Positions 1 to 14,342 of a stretch of 64,000 nucleotides of DNA are shown piece by piece (positions within the stretch are counted from its first letter, which is position 1; each line of letters starts with the position of its first letter). Position numbers and translations under genes: made by a program. The notes under the pieces were generated by a model. It worked only from the letters and a program-made list of their open reading frames with translations. It made no database searches and was not told where the DNA came from. The DNA is from an uncultured Acidobacteriota bacterium (GTDB lineage Bacteria; Acidobacteriota; Thermoanaerobaculia; Multivoradales; UBA5704), in NCBI GenBank assembly GCA_963770895.1, contig CAVYRF010000002.1, forward strand, positions 32,001-96,000, read 5' to 3'.

Positions 1-86
1 TAGATCCGCGGAGTCTACCCGCAAACGTGCCGCTCGGCCGGTGGCCGCCGGGAGGACCCGGCGACGACCGGCGAGGGTTCAAGCGG

Positions 87-686
87 TCAGTGCGCCTGCT
101 GCAGCTTGGCCAGGGCGGCCAGCACTTCGTCGCTGTGCACGCCAGGATTCACCTTGACGAAAACCTGCGCGATCTTGCCCGAGGGGTCGACTAGGAAGGT
201 GTTGCGCGCCGACAGCTTGGCGCCCTTGTACTCCATGACCGACCCGTAGCGCGTCGAAACCTGCGCGTCGGTGTCGGACAGGAGCTTGAAGCTCAGCCCT
301 TCCTTGGCGCAGAAGCTCTTGTGCGACGCCGTGTCGTCGACGCTGACGCCCAGGATCACGACGCCGCCCTGCTCGTACTTCGCCATGTCGCGCTGGAAGT
401 TGTGCGCCTCCATGGTGCAGCCGCTGGTGAAATCCTTGGGGTAGAAATAGAGCACCACCCACTTGCCACGGAAGTCCTTCAGGCTGGTCGTGTTGCCCTC
501 GCTGCTGGTCAGGGTGAAATCCGGCGCCATCGAGCCGGCTCCTGGAATCGGCAGCGCCATCGTCACCGGCGCCGCGGAGCTGGCCGCCGGCGTATCCGAC
601 GACGCGGCGACAGGTGCCACAAGCGCCAGCGCGGCCGCCAGCGACAGGCAAAGAAGAACCGGAACCGAAACGCGGACAGATGTCAT
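87..686 (-). CDS. bcp: Peroxiredoxin, Bcp/PrxQ family, with signal peptide
   Basis: VVLYFYPKDFTSGCTMEA motif; start at 686 (MTSVRV) follows a GGAGG RBS; hydrophobic N-terminus. Confidence 0.9.
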   Translation of the reverse strand: MTSVRVSVPVLLCLSLAAALALVAPVAASSDTPAASSAAPVTMALPIPGAGSMAPDFTLTSSEGNTTSLKDFRGKWVVLYFYPKDFTSGCTMEAHNFQRDMAKYEQGGVVILGVSVDDTASHKSFCAKEGLSFKLLSDTDAQVSTRYGSVMEYKGAKLSARNTFLVDPSGKIAQVFVKVNPGVHSDEVLAALAKLQQAH

Positions 687-911
687 CTTCGCAACCTCCG
701 ATCGGGTCGTATGGGGTGTCGTTTCGCTCGGGCAGTCTAGCAGCTGCAGCAGCCCCAGATCGCCGCGCCCAGCCGTGGCCGCGAGCCCGGCGGGGGCCGC
801 GCGGGCCAGGTGGGCCAGGTGGCCTAAGTGGGCCACTTCCGGACACACCGTGTCGAAGGTAAGTCCGGCCCGACCGGCAACCGGTTCAAAGCGTCGCGCC
901 TGCGCCGCGCC

Positions 912-1478
912 TCACGCCGGCGGCGCCGCCGCCAGGCGCAGCAGGACGGCCAGGTCCAGGGGCTCGGTGGTCATGGCCACTTCGCCCTGCGCCGAACGCG
1001 GCCACTGCTCGCGCGGGCGGTCCCAATAGAGCTCGATGCCGTTGCCGTCGGGGTCGGCCAGGTAGATCGCTTCGCTCACGCCATGATCGGCGGCACCCTG
1101 CAGGCGGATGCCGGCGTCCAGGACGCGGCGCAAGGCAGTAGCCAGGGCCGCCCGCGAGGGGTAGCGGATCGCCGCGTGGTACAGGCCGGTGTGCCCGGCC
1201 GGCGGCGCCACGCCGCCGCGGCTTTCCCAAGTGTTCAGGCCGATGTGGTGGTGGTAGCCGCCGGCCGACACAAAGGCGGCCTGCGAGCCGTGGCGCGCCA
1301 CCAGCTCGAAGCCCAGAACGCCGCAATAGAACGCCAGGGCGCGGTCCAGGTCGGCCACCTTGAGGTGGACGTGACCGATGTCGACCCCGGCCGGAACGAC
1401 ATACGCCGCGGCGGTTGGTGTCGCGGGAGAGGAGCTCACACCACGGCAACGCCGCCCGGCAGGCGCCAAATTCCCCAC
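912..1478 (-). CDS. VOC/glyoxalase family protein (CatE-like)
   Basis: IGHVHLKVADL, GGYHHHIGLNTW, DHGVSEAIYLADPDGNGIELY; start uncertain (GTG at 1439 possible). Confidence 0.9.
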   Translation of the reverse strand: MGNLAPAGRRCRGVSSSPATPTAAAYVVPAGVDIGHVHLKVADLDRALAFYCGVLGFELVARHGSQAAFVSAGGYHHHIGLNTWESRGGVAPPAGHTGLYHAAIRYPSRAALATALRRVLDAGIRLQGAADHGVSEAIYLADPDGNGIELYWDRPREQWPRSAQGEVAMTTEPLDLAVLLRLAAAPPA

Positions 1479-1500
1479 CCTCGGCGCACCGGCGAAGCCG

Positions 1501-1537
1501 ATATAGGACGCGAACCAACCTATATTGAGCGTAGACT
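1501..1537. promoter_or_regulatory. Palindromic operator ATATAGG-N11-CCTATAT and -10 box of a probable leaderless promoter
   Basis: Inverted repeat 1501-1507/1519-1525 between divergent genes; TAGACT at 1532-1537, 6 nt before ATG 1544. Confidence 0.6.
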
Positions 1538-1543
1538 GGCACC

Positions 1544-2500
1544 ATGTACCGCCCCACCACGCGCGTGCTCACGGTGCTCGAGCTGCTGCAGACCCACGGC
1601 ACGATGAGCGGCGCCGAGCTGGCGCGGCGGCTCGAGGTGGACCGCCGCACGGTGCGCCGCTACATCACCATGCTCGAAGAGCTGGGGGTGCCGATCACCG
1701 CCGAGCGCGGGCGCGACGGCGGCTACATGCTGGTGGCGGGATTCAAGCTGCCGCCGATGATGTTCACCGACGACGAAGCGCTGGCGCTGGCGGTCGGCCT
1801 GCTCGCGGCGCGCGGGCTCGGCCTGGCGGCGGCGGCGCCCGCGATCACCAGCGCGCAGGCAAAGCTGGAGCGGGTGATGCCGGCCAATCTGCGGCGCCGC
1901 GTGCGTGCCATCAGCGAGACGGTGACGCTGGACTTTTCGCGCTCCGCGGCCACGGCGCCCGACGACAACAAGGCGCTGGTCGTGCTGAGCGCCGCCGCCG
2001 AAGGTCAGACCCGCGTCCACCTGCACTATCGCACCGCCAGGGACGAAGAAACGCGGCGCGACTTCGACCCCTACGGCCTGGTCTATCGCCACGGCTGCTG
2101 GTACGTCGCGGGGATGTGCCACCTGCGCGGCGGCATGCGCTCGTTTCGCCTCGATCGCGTGCAGTCGGTCGAGCCGCTCGCCGTGCGCTTCCATCGCCCG
2201 CAGGGTTTCGACGCCCTGGAGCACATCTCGTCTTCGCTCGCCACCCTGCCGCGCGCCTTCACCGCCGAAGTCCTGCTGGCAACCGACCTGCAGACCGCCC
2301 AGCGATCGCTGTCTCCCGTCACCGGAGTGCTGGAGGCGGTCGGCGGCGCGGTGCTGCTGCACAGCCAGCTCGACGAGCTGGAACCGTTTGCCGCCGACCT
2401 GGCGCGCCTGCCCTTCGCCTTTCAGGTCCGCCAGCCGGCGGCCCTGCGCGATGCCGTCGCCGCGCTGGCGCGGCGCCTGCTGGCGCAAGTCGAAGCTTGA
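1544..2500 (+). CDS. YafY-family HTH + WYL transcriptional regulator
   Basis: N-terminal HTH (ELARRLEVDRRTVRRYI), LPPMMFT, RDFDPYGLV, WYVAG, RSFRLDRV. Confidence 0.93.
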   Translation: MYRPTTRVLTVLELLQTHGTMSGAELARRLEVDRRTVRRYITMLEELGVPITAERGRDGGYMLVAGFKLPPMMFTDDEALALAVGLLAARGLGLAAAAPAITSAQAKLERVMPANLRRRVRAISETVTLDFSRSAATAPDDNKALVVLSAAAEGQTRVHLHYRTARDEETRRDFDPYGLVYRHGCWYVAGMCHLRGGMRSFRLDRVQSVEPLAVRFHRPQGFDALEHISSSLATLPRAFTAEVLLATDLQTAQRSLSPVTGVLEAVGGAVLLHSQLDELEPFAADLARLPFAFQVRQPAALRDAVAALARRLLAQVEA

Positions 2501-2522
2501 TTCCGGCAGCGGCGCGGCCGGT

Positions 2523-4874
2523 TCATCGCCATCGATCGTTCCACACCGACCGCCGCTGGCAAGGCACGGCGAGCAGCAGCAGGACCGCCACGGCGCCGAG
2601 CAGGGTGAGGGCCGCCCCGAGGCGCAAGCCCGGAGGCTCAAAGGAAAGCTCGACCTGGGCGGCTCCCGCCGGCACGATGATGCCCAGGTAGGCGGTGTTC
2701 ACCTGCACCTTGCGCAGCACGTGGCCGGCGCTGGTTGCCGTCCAGCCGGCAGGGAAAGGCAACGACGTCGCGAGAAGCTTTTCGCCATCCGCCGGCAGCA
2801 CAAGCTCGACGTCGCCGCGGCGCATGCGCAGCACCCGCACCGCCGCGGGCGTCCATGGCCGCTCGGGCGCGATCCAATCGCCCACCTCTTCGCGCACCAG
2901 CACGACCCGCCGCGCGTCGCGCATCTCCCGGATGCCAGCTAGCGCGTCCTCGCGACCGCGCACCTGTGCGCCGATGGGCAGGAACCAGCGCGGCAGAGCG
3001 GAGGGATTCCGCCACACCCGCAGCGGCCGGTCGCCGCGCACCAGCGCGAACCGTGGGGGCACCTCGGCCGCGTCGGCCAGGATGACGGTTCGCACGTTCA
3101 GAAAATCGAGAAACGGATGATCGATGTTGCGAAACCCGCTCTTGTAGCGGCGGCCCTCCGGCCCGAAGCCGAAGATCTCACCCAGCGGGGCAAGCTGCTC
3201 CGCGGGTGCCAGCGGATTGTCGATCCGCACGTCGGCGACGCCGTACATCGGCAGGAGCGACGGATAGACGCCGAAACCTCCCGCCACCGCGCGCCACGGC
3301 CCGCCCTGAGCGACGCTGCCTTCGATCGCCGCGATCAGGGGAGTCCGCGGATAGAAAAGCTCGCGATGACCGCGCGGCAGAACCTCGCGGTCCCAGCCGA
3401 CAAGATCCAGCACCGACGCCAGGCCGAGCAGTGCGATGCCCAGGAGACGCCGGCGGGGTGCCAGCAGAACGGCAAGCGCGATCAGCAGCCACAACGCAAC
3501 GATCGGCACGTCGTGCCGGACCAGCAGGCTGGCGGCGGCCGCGGCGAGCCCCAGCGGCGCCGCAGGCCACTGCGGACGGATCGCCTGGTCCAACCCCAAA
3601 GCCGCCAGCACGGCGAGCGGCAGCGCCGCCGCCGGCAGGAAGCGGTCGAGCGCGGCCGCCCGGCCGAGCGGCAGCAGGCTCACCAGCCAGCGGCAGGGGG
3701 CCCAGCCGGCCGCCAGCAGGAACCCTCCCAAGGCCAGCGCAAACAGCGACCAGGCAAGCGGCCGCCGCGCCCCGCCAAGCGCGAAGCCGGCGCCGGCGAG
3801 CGCCACCAGGCCCAGGTAGCTCCCGGCCGCAATCGGCCAGTTCGCCGGCCCCACGTAGGGTTCGTGAAACGGCCGGCCGAAGCTCCAGGGATTGAGCGGC
3901 GACAGAAGGAGGCGCTCCTCGCCAGGCGGAAACCAGGCAAATGCGGCATGCGCCGGCGGCCCACCGCCGCTTTGGGCACCGGCCGCTCGCAGCGAATGCC
4001 CGGCGACCAGCAGGAACGGCACCAGCGCGCAGGCCGCGAGACAGGCGCCAAGCGTTGCCGCCAGGCCCGCGGCCGCAACCGCGGGGACCAGCCGCTGGCG
4101 CCGCCGCCGCGCGATCATGCCAAAGCCGGCCGCGACCAGACACTCGGCAAAGGCGATCTCCGGATGCCCGGAGAGCAGGAGCGCCGCAAAGATCGCCGCC
4201 GTGGCACCGATCCCGCGCGGCCAGGGCCTGCGGACGACTCGCACCACGCCCACCGCCAGCCAGGGGCTCCAGGCGACGACGCTGCTCAGTGGAAACACCG
4301 CCCAGGCCATGAGCGGTCCGCCCAGGGCGAAGGCGCCGGCGCCCAGCGCCGACGGCAGCCGCCTGGCCCCCGCCACCCGCGCCAGCAGCCAGCAGCCTTC
4401 GAACGCCAGCAGGATCTTGATCGCCAGCGTCCCCAGCAAGAAGTGCTCCAGCGGCAGCAAGCGCCCCAACATGGCGATCGGCGAAAGCACCGCCGCCTGG
4501 GGGTTCACCCAGGGCGAGCTGCCGCCGTCCAGGACGTCCGACCAGAAAGGCAGGTGCCCCTGGAGCAAAGAGCGGCGCACCTCCGCCTCCCACGGCAGCA
4601 GCTGCAGGATCGCGTCGTTGAACACCCCGTGAGCGAAGTCGGGCCCCACCACCTGCGGCGCATCCGGCAGATTGGCAAGGATCGGCGCGTCGGTCGGCGC
4701 CAGCAGACGGCCGCCGTGCAGCAGCGGCAGGAGCACCACGATCGGCAGGCACAGCCCGGCCGCCTGCACCTGCCAGGGCAGCCGCAGCGCCAGACAACGC
4801 GCCAGGCCCCAGGCCGCCACCTGGGCAACGCCAAGCCCAAGTGCCAGGCCCAAGGCCAGGTGCAAAACCCCCAT
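2523..4874 (-). CDS. YfhO-family polytopic membrane protein (putative GT-C glycosyltransferase)
   Basis: GHLPFWSD..GGSSPW.NPQ, many TM segments, C-terminal FPAGWTA..VELSFEPPGLRLG. Confidence 0.8.
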   Translation of the reverse strand: MGVLHLALGLALGLGVAQVAAWGLARCLALRLPWQVQAAGLCLPIVVLLPLLHGGRLLAPTDAPILANLPDAPQVVGPDFAHGVFNDAILQLLPWEAEVRRSLLQGHLPFWSDVLDGGSSPWVNPQAAVLSPIAMLGRLLPLEHFLLGTLAIKILLAFEGCWLLARVAGARRLPSALGAGAFALGGPLMAWAVFPLSSVVAWSPWLAVGVVRVVRRPWPRGIGATAAIFAALLLSGHPEIAFAECLVAAGFGMIARRRRQRLVPAVAAAGLAATLGACLAACALVPFLLVAGHSLRAAGAQSGGGPPAHAAFAWFPPGEERLLLSPLNPWSFGRPFHEPYVGPANWPIAAGSYLGLVALAGAGFALGGARRPLAWSLFALALGGFLLAAGWAPCRWLVSLLPLGRAAALDRFLPAAALPLAVLAALGLDQAIRPQWPAAPLGLAAAAASLLVRHDVPIVALWLLIALAVLLAPRRRLLGIALLGLASVLDLVGWDREVLPRGHRELFYPRTPLIAAIEGSVAQGGPWRAVAGGFGVYPSLLPMYGVADVRIDNPLAPAEQLAPLGEIFGFGPEGRRYKSGFRNIDHPFLDFLNVRTVILADAAEVPPRFALVRGDRPLRVWRNPSALPRWFLPIGAQVRGREDALAGIREMRDARRVVLVREEVGDWIAPERPWTPAAVRVLRMRRGDVELVLPADGEKLLATSLPFPAGWTATSAGHVLRKVQVNTAYLGIIVPAGAAQVELSFEPPGLRLGAALTLLGAVAVLLLLAVPCQRRSVWNDRWR

Positions 4875-5160
4875 GGCGCCACCATACCAGGCGCCGGCGG
4901 CCATAGGACTTGCGCCCGCTTGCCCCGCGGGAAACGGAGCCACTGCCCGACCCACCTCGTGCATCGCAGGCCGCCGTCGAGGGTGTAGGACGCCGACGAC
5001 AGGACGCGCCGGAATCCAGGAAGTTGAAGGCCCCGGTACAGCCATGGCCAAGATCCGCAGCGCCACAACCCGCCAAGCCGCCGCCGGCAGCCAATCCCGG
5101 CCCCCGCCGCCGCGGAAAGCCTCAAAAGCGCCCTCGCCCAGACGGGCCCCCCGGCAGCAG

Positions 5161-7307
5161 CTCGAAAGCACCGTCGCCCGCGCGCGCGCCGGCACCTACC
5201 CCGAGAGCATCGCCGAACGGGTCTCAGCCGAGCGTCTGGAGCGCTTCTTCACCAGGGTGGATCGTCACTACCAGGTCAGCCGTAAATTGCGCGATCTCTG
5301 CGTATTCGCCCGCCAGGACGTGACCAAGGATCCGCCCTTCTCTCGCGTCGACGTCATCAGCTGCTGCAACCTGCTGATCTATTTCGAGCCTCGCCTCCAG
5401 GAGAGAGTGCTGGCCATTTTCCACTACGCTCTCAATCCCGGCGGTTTTCTGCTGCTGGGGCCGTCGGAGAGCGCGGCGGCGGCGCCGGCCCTGTTCGAGG
5501 CACTCGACAAGCGGCACAAGATCTAGGTGAAAAAGTCCGCGACGAATGGTCCAGGCGTCCGATTTGCGGGGCGCGGCGTGGTCGGGGGCGGACGCGGCAG
5601 CAGCGCGGTCGAGCTGCCGGAGCGGACGGCCGGCAGCCGGGCGTGGGCTCCCAGGGAGGCCGACCGGCTGCTGCTCGCCCGCTACACCCCCGCTGGCGTG
5701 ATCGTCGACGAGCGCCTCGACATCCTGGAGTTCCGCGGCGATACCGACGCCTACCTCCGGCACGCCCATGGCGGCGCGAACCTCAATTTGATGAAGATGG
5801 TGCGCAAGGATCTGTATGTGGATCTGCACCGGGTGCTCGCGGACGCCGGAGAACTTGCCGCCCCGGCGCGCCGCGATGCCGTCCGGCTGCGACACCAGGG
5901 CGGGGTGAGCAGAGTGAGCATCGAGGCCGTCCCGATCTCGGGGCCTGCCGAGTCCGAGCGCTGCACGCTCGTGCTGTTCACGCCGTCGACCGCACGACTT
6001 GACGACCCTGGCCACCGGCCCCTTTCACCGGCTGAAAAGAGCCTTGGGGACGGCCCGGGCGCCGCGGAAAGGATCGCGCAGCTCGAGCAGGAGCTGACCG
6101 CGGCGGCCGGGCATCTGCGCACCGTGCTCCTGGACCACGAAACGGCTCGTGAGGAGCTGCAGGCCTCGAACGAGGAGCTGTTGTCGGCCAACGAAGAGTT
6201 CCTCAGCCTCAACGAAGAGCTCGAGACGGCCAAGGAGGAGATCCAGTCGGTCAACGAAGAGCTGGCCACTCTCAACCAGGAGCTGCGGGACCGCAATTTT
6301 CAACTCGGCCGCGTCAACGACGATCTGCTGAACCTGCTCGACAGCACCACCACTGCCACCCTCATGGTGGACAGCGCCTTGTGCCTGCGGCGATTCACTC
6401 CAGCGGCCGAGAAGCTGCTCAACCTGCGCCCGGCCGACCTCGGCAGACCGCTCGCCGCCCTGCCGACCCATCTCGCCGGCGATCTGGAGGTCGAGGTCAG
6501 GCAGGTCATCGAGAACGTGACCATTCAGGAGCGCGAGGTGCGCACCCGCGACGGCTCGACGTTCCTGCTGCGCATCCGTCCCTACCGCACCCAGGAAAGG
6601 GCGATCGACGGCGCGGTCGTCCTGCTGTTCGACGTCAGCGAGCTCAAGCGCAGCGCCGAGCTGGTGGCTTCTCGATCACTCCCGCATCGTGGCCGGGCAG
6701 CTCAAGCTCAACCCGCGTGCGATGGACCTGGCCGCGGTCGCCGAGCTCGCCCTCGACAACATGCACCTGGCCGCGGACGCCAAGCACATCCACCTCGATC
6801 TCGTGCTCTCCTCCGAGGCGAAGAGCGTCGGCATGGTCGGCGACCCCGACCGCTTGCACCAGGTCGTGCTCAACCTGCTCGACAATGCCGTCAAGTTCAC
6901 GCCGTCCGGGGGCCGCATCGGGATCTGGATCGGTGCTCATCGTCGAAGACGACGACGACAGCCGCGAGGCGCTCGCAGCGCTGCTCGAGCAGCGCGGCGT
7001 CCGGGTGACGGCCACGGCCTCGGCCGCCGAAGCGATCACGGCCCTGGATCGTGAGGTGCCCGATCTCTTGGTGAGCGACATCGGGATGCCCGGTCTGGAC
7101 GGGTACGAGCTGCTCGGCAACGTGAGACGGCGTTCCGAAAAGCAGGGGGGCCGGGTGGCGGCGCTCGCCCTGACCGGCTATGCGGACCCGGGTGACGCTC
7201 AGAAAGCGGTCGCCGCGGGTTTCCAGATGCACCTGGCAAAACCTGTCAGTTTACCCGACTTGTTGCGCGGCCTGGCACAGCTGGCCGGGCGCCTCGACGC
7301 AAACTGA
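5161..7307 (+). pseudogene. Decayed CheR / coiled-coil / PAS / histidine kinase / receiver hybrid
   Basis: CheR C-half (DPPFSRVDVISCCNLLIYF) without N-terminus; in-frame TAG at 5524-5526; ELQASNEEL coiled coil and PAS; frame changes near 6665 and 6930 join partial HATPase (NLLDNAVKFT) and receiver (VSDIGMPGLDG). Confidence 0.85.
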
Positions 7308-7452
7308 TCGACGGTCGCGGGCTCACCTCACCGTGACGCCCGCGCTCAGGCCGCTCACCGTTTGCAACTTCTGCATTTTGTGAACTCGCCTTGGCGGCAA
7401 CGGGAGCTCCCTGTTCGCCGTAAAGGATTCATTCGATAGGGAGCGGGCAGCA

Positions 7453-7468
7453 TGGCACAGGAAATGCT
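7453..7468 (+). promoter_or_regulatory. Sigma54 -24/-12 promoter
   Basis: TGGCACAGGAAATGCT with GG-N10-GC spacing, about 170 bp upstream of xfp. Confidence 0.7.
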
Positions 7469-7635
7469 GCTTCCCTGGTCAGTGCGGCAAACCAAAATCA
7501 GCCATCTTGGCGGCAGGCCTCCTCCGGCGGCCAGGCTGGTGGCAGTATCGAGACTCGTCAGCGCCCACGGCGAGCTCATGATCGCGCTCTTCTTCCCGCC
7601 TGCTTCATTTCAGATTTTTCCGGGGCCTTGCAGTC

Positions 7636-11869
<4,234 letters not shown>

Positions 11870-11877
<8 letters not shown>

Positions 11878-12208
11878 CCGGCCAGGGGATGTCCCGGTGG
11901 ACGGCGGTTCCTCCTTCGCCAGGCAGATCGGGGCGAAAGCGGCGCGCAAGCAGCGAGCCCGGCGCGACGGCGCCGCGGACGTCTGGTTCGGTTTGGGAAT
12001 GATGGGGCTGGTCGGCTGGTCCGTGGTCGTACCGACGCTGCTCGGCGCGGCGCTCGGGCTGTGGCTGGACGAGCACCACGCGGGCAGGCACGCCTGGACG
12101 CTGGCGCTGATGGTAGCCGGGTTGCTGATCGGCTGTCTGAACGCGTGGCACTGGGTCGCGCGGCAGGAGCAGGCCATGCGCGAGCAAGGCGAGGGTGGCG
12201 ATGCGTGA
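11870..12208 (+). CDS. atpQ: N-ATPase AtpQ (AtpZ/AtpI-like)
   Basis: GLGMMGLVGWSVVVPTLLGAALGLWLD; two TM segments. Confidence 0.88.
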
Positions 12209-12515
12209 AGCTCTATCGCTCGCGGCGTCCGGGGTCGCAGGCTTTCTTTTGGGGGCATTCTTCTTCGGCGGCCTGTGGTGGACGGTTGGCAAGGGCGTAC
12301 GGTCGCCGCGGCCGGCGCTCTGGTTCCTCGGCAGCCTGTTGCTCCGGATGGGCCTTGCCATGGCTGGCGTTTTCTTTATCTGCGGCGGCAGCTGGCAACG
12401 GCTGCTGCTCTGCCTCCTGGGTTTTGTCCTGGCGCGCCTGGCGGTGACACGCTTGACGCGGCCGGAGCAAGGGGAGCGGCGCGGGCCGGCGGGGGCGGCA
12501 AGGCATGCACCTTAG
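12201..12515 (+). CDS. atpR: N-ATPase AtpR subunit
   Basis: FFGGLWWTV..SLLLR..GFVLAR; position between atpQ and atpB. Confidence 0.88.
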   Translation: MREALSLAASGVAGFLLGAFFFGGLWWTVGKGVRSPRPALWFLGSLLLRMGLAMAGVFFICGGSWQRLLLCLLGFVLARLAVTRLTRPEQGERRGPAGAARHAP

Positions 12516-13194
12516 TCCCGATCAGACCATCTTCTGGCAGCACGGGTTCGTCAAGCTCAATGCCACCATCGTCTTCACCTGGGGCCTGATGCTGGTTCTG
12601 GCCGTCGGCTCCCGGCTCATCACCCGCAGGCTGCGGGTGGGCGTCGAGCGTTCCCGCTGGCAGAGTCTGCTGGAGATCCTGGTCCTTGGCATCGGCAAGC
12701 AGATCGAAGACGTGGGCCTCCGCAGACCGCGGCGATATCTCGCCTTCCTCGGCACGCTCTTCCTGTTCGTTGCGGCGGCCAGCCTCGCCACGGTGATCCC
12801 CGGCTACGCGCCGCCCACCGCGTCGCTCTCGACCACGGCGGCGCTCGCGCTGTGCGTGTTCGTGGCCGTGCCGCTGTTCGGCATCGCGCAGCAGGGCGTG
12901 GCCGGCTATCTCAGGTCGTACGTCGAACCGACGGTCATCATGCTGCCGTTCAACCTGATCAGTGAGCTTTCGCGGACGTTGGCCCTGGCGATACGGCTGT
13001 TCGGCAACATGATGAGCGGCGCGATGATCGTCGCGATCCTGCTGGTCATCACCCCGTTCCTCTTCCCCGTGGTCATGACCGCGCTGGGTCTGCTGACCGG
13101 CATGGTGCAGGCATACATCTTCAGCATCCTTGCCGCGGTGTACATCGCCGCGGCCACGCGCACCCGCGAGCGCGGTCCAAAGCCGTCGCCTTGA
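12505..13194 (+). CDS. atpB: N-ATPase subunit a
   Basis: ELSRTLALAIRLFGNM, QAYIFSILAAVY. Confidence 0.95.
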   Translation: MHLSPDQTIFWQHGFVKLNATIVFTWGLMLVLAVGSRLITRRLRVGVERSRWQSLLEILVLGIGKQIEDVGLRRPRRYLAFLGTLFLFVAAASLATVIPGYAPPTASLSTTAALALCVFVAVPLFGIAQQGVAGYLRSYVEPTVIMLPFNLISELSRTLALAIRLFGNMMSGAMIVAILLVITPFLFPVVMTALGLLTGMVQAYIFSILAAVYIAAATRTRERGPKPSP

Positions 13195-13228
13195 ACCGGA
13201 AGACCGCGAGACAAATTGAGGAAACCCC

Positions 13229-13510
13229 ATGGATACCATGACCATCATCGCCGTCGCCTCCATCGTCACCGCCGGCCTTACGACGGGCGTGGGCTGCATG
13301 GCGCCGGCCCTGAGCGAAGGACGGTCGGTGGCCTCGGCCCTGACGTCTCTGGCGCAGCAGCCCGACGCCTCCGCCACCATCACCCGGACGCTGTTTGTCG
13401 GCCTTGCCATGATCGAATCCACGGCCATCTACTGCTTTGTCGTGTCGATGATCCTCATTTTCGCCAACCCCTTCTGGAATCACGTCATCGCCCAGACCGC
13501 GGGAAAGTGA
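13229..13510 (+). CDS. atpE: N-ATPase subunit c with Na+-binding signature
   Basis: AQQP loop; Glu in first helix (ALSEG) and ESTAIY. Confidence 0.95.
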   Translation: MDTMTIIAVASIVTAGLTTGVGCMAPALSEGRSVASALTSLAQQPDASATITRTLFVGLAMIESTAIYCFVVSMILIFANPFWNHVIAQTAGK

Positions 13511-13514
13511 TCCC

Positions 13515-14342
13515 ATGCTCATCGATTGGTTCACCGTCGGTGCGCAGGCACTGAACTTCCTTGTCCTGGTGTGGCTGATGCAGCGCTTCCTCTATCGCCC
13601 GATCCTCGCCGCCATCGATGGGCGGGAAAAGCTGGTCGCCGCCCAACTCGCGGACGCCGCCGCCAAGCAGGCCGCGGCCCTGGCAGATCGCGATGAGCTC
13701 CAAAAGAAAAACGACACCTTCGATCGCCAGCGCGCCGCGCTGCTGAAGACGGCGACCGACCAGGCCAACGCCGAGCGCGGACGGCTTCTCGATGCCGCGC
13801 GGCAGGCGGCCGATGCGCTGAGCGCCAAGCGCCAGGACGCGCTGCTGGCGGAAGCGGCAAACCTGCACCAGGCCATCGGCCGCCGAACGCAGGAGGAAGT
13901 CTTTGCCATCGCGCGCAAGGCGCTGACCGACCTGGCCACGGCCAGCCTGGAAGAGCGGTTGGGTGAAGTCTTCATCCGCCGCCTGCGCGAGCTGAGCGGC
14001 CGGGCCAAAGCCGACCTGGCGAGCGCCCTGCAAACGGCGCCCCAACCGGCCGTCGTGCGCAGCGCTTTCGAGCTGCCGCCGCAGTCGCGCGCGGGCGTAC
14101 AGCACGCGCTCAACGAAACCTTTGCGGCGGATGTCAACGTGCGGTTCGTCACCGCGCCGGACCTGATCAGCGGCATCGAGCTCAGCGCCAACGGGCAGAA
14201 GATCGCGTGGAGCCTCGCGGACTACCTCAGGTCGCTGGAAAAGGACGTCGCCGAGCTGCTGCTGCAAGGGAAGAAGCCGCCGCCTCAACCGCCAGCCGAG
14301 GTCGTGGCGGAAGAGCGAGTACCGGTCGCGGCAGGCGTATGA
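13515..14342 (+). CDS. atpF: N-ATPase subunit b (b/delta-like fusion)
   Basis: [18 protein letters not shown], coiled coil, C-terminal DLISGIEL. Confidence 0.93.
   Translation: MLIDWFTVGAQALNFLVLVWLMQRFLYRPILAAIDGREKLVAAQLADAAAKQAAALADRDELQKKNDTFDRQRAALLKTATDQANAERGRLLDAARQAADALSAKRQDALLAEAANLHQAIGRRTQEEVFAIARKALTDLATASLEERLGEVFIRRLRELSGRAKADLASALQTAPQPAVVRSAFELPPQSRAGVQHALNETFAADVNVRFVTAPDLISGIELSANGQKIAWSLADYLRSLEKDVAELLLQGKKPPPQPPAEVVAEERVPVAAGV

Noticed and set aside
803-838. Short 9-bp tandem repeat GGGCCAGGT-like, and CCCCTGGAGT copies near 47872
   Set aside because: Only 2-4 degenerate copies; probably slippage
5524-5526. TAG readthrough or recoding in the CheR hybrid
   Set aside because: TAG is the normal stop of many intact genes here, and the same gene has other lesions
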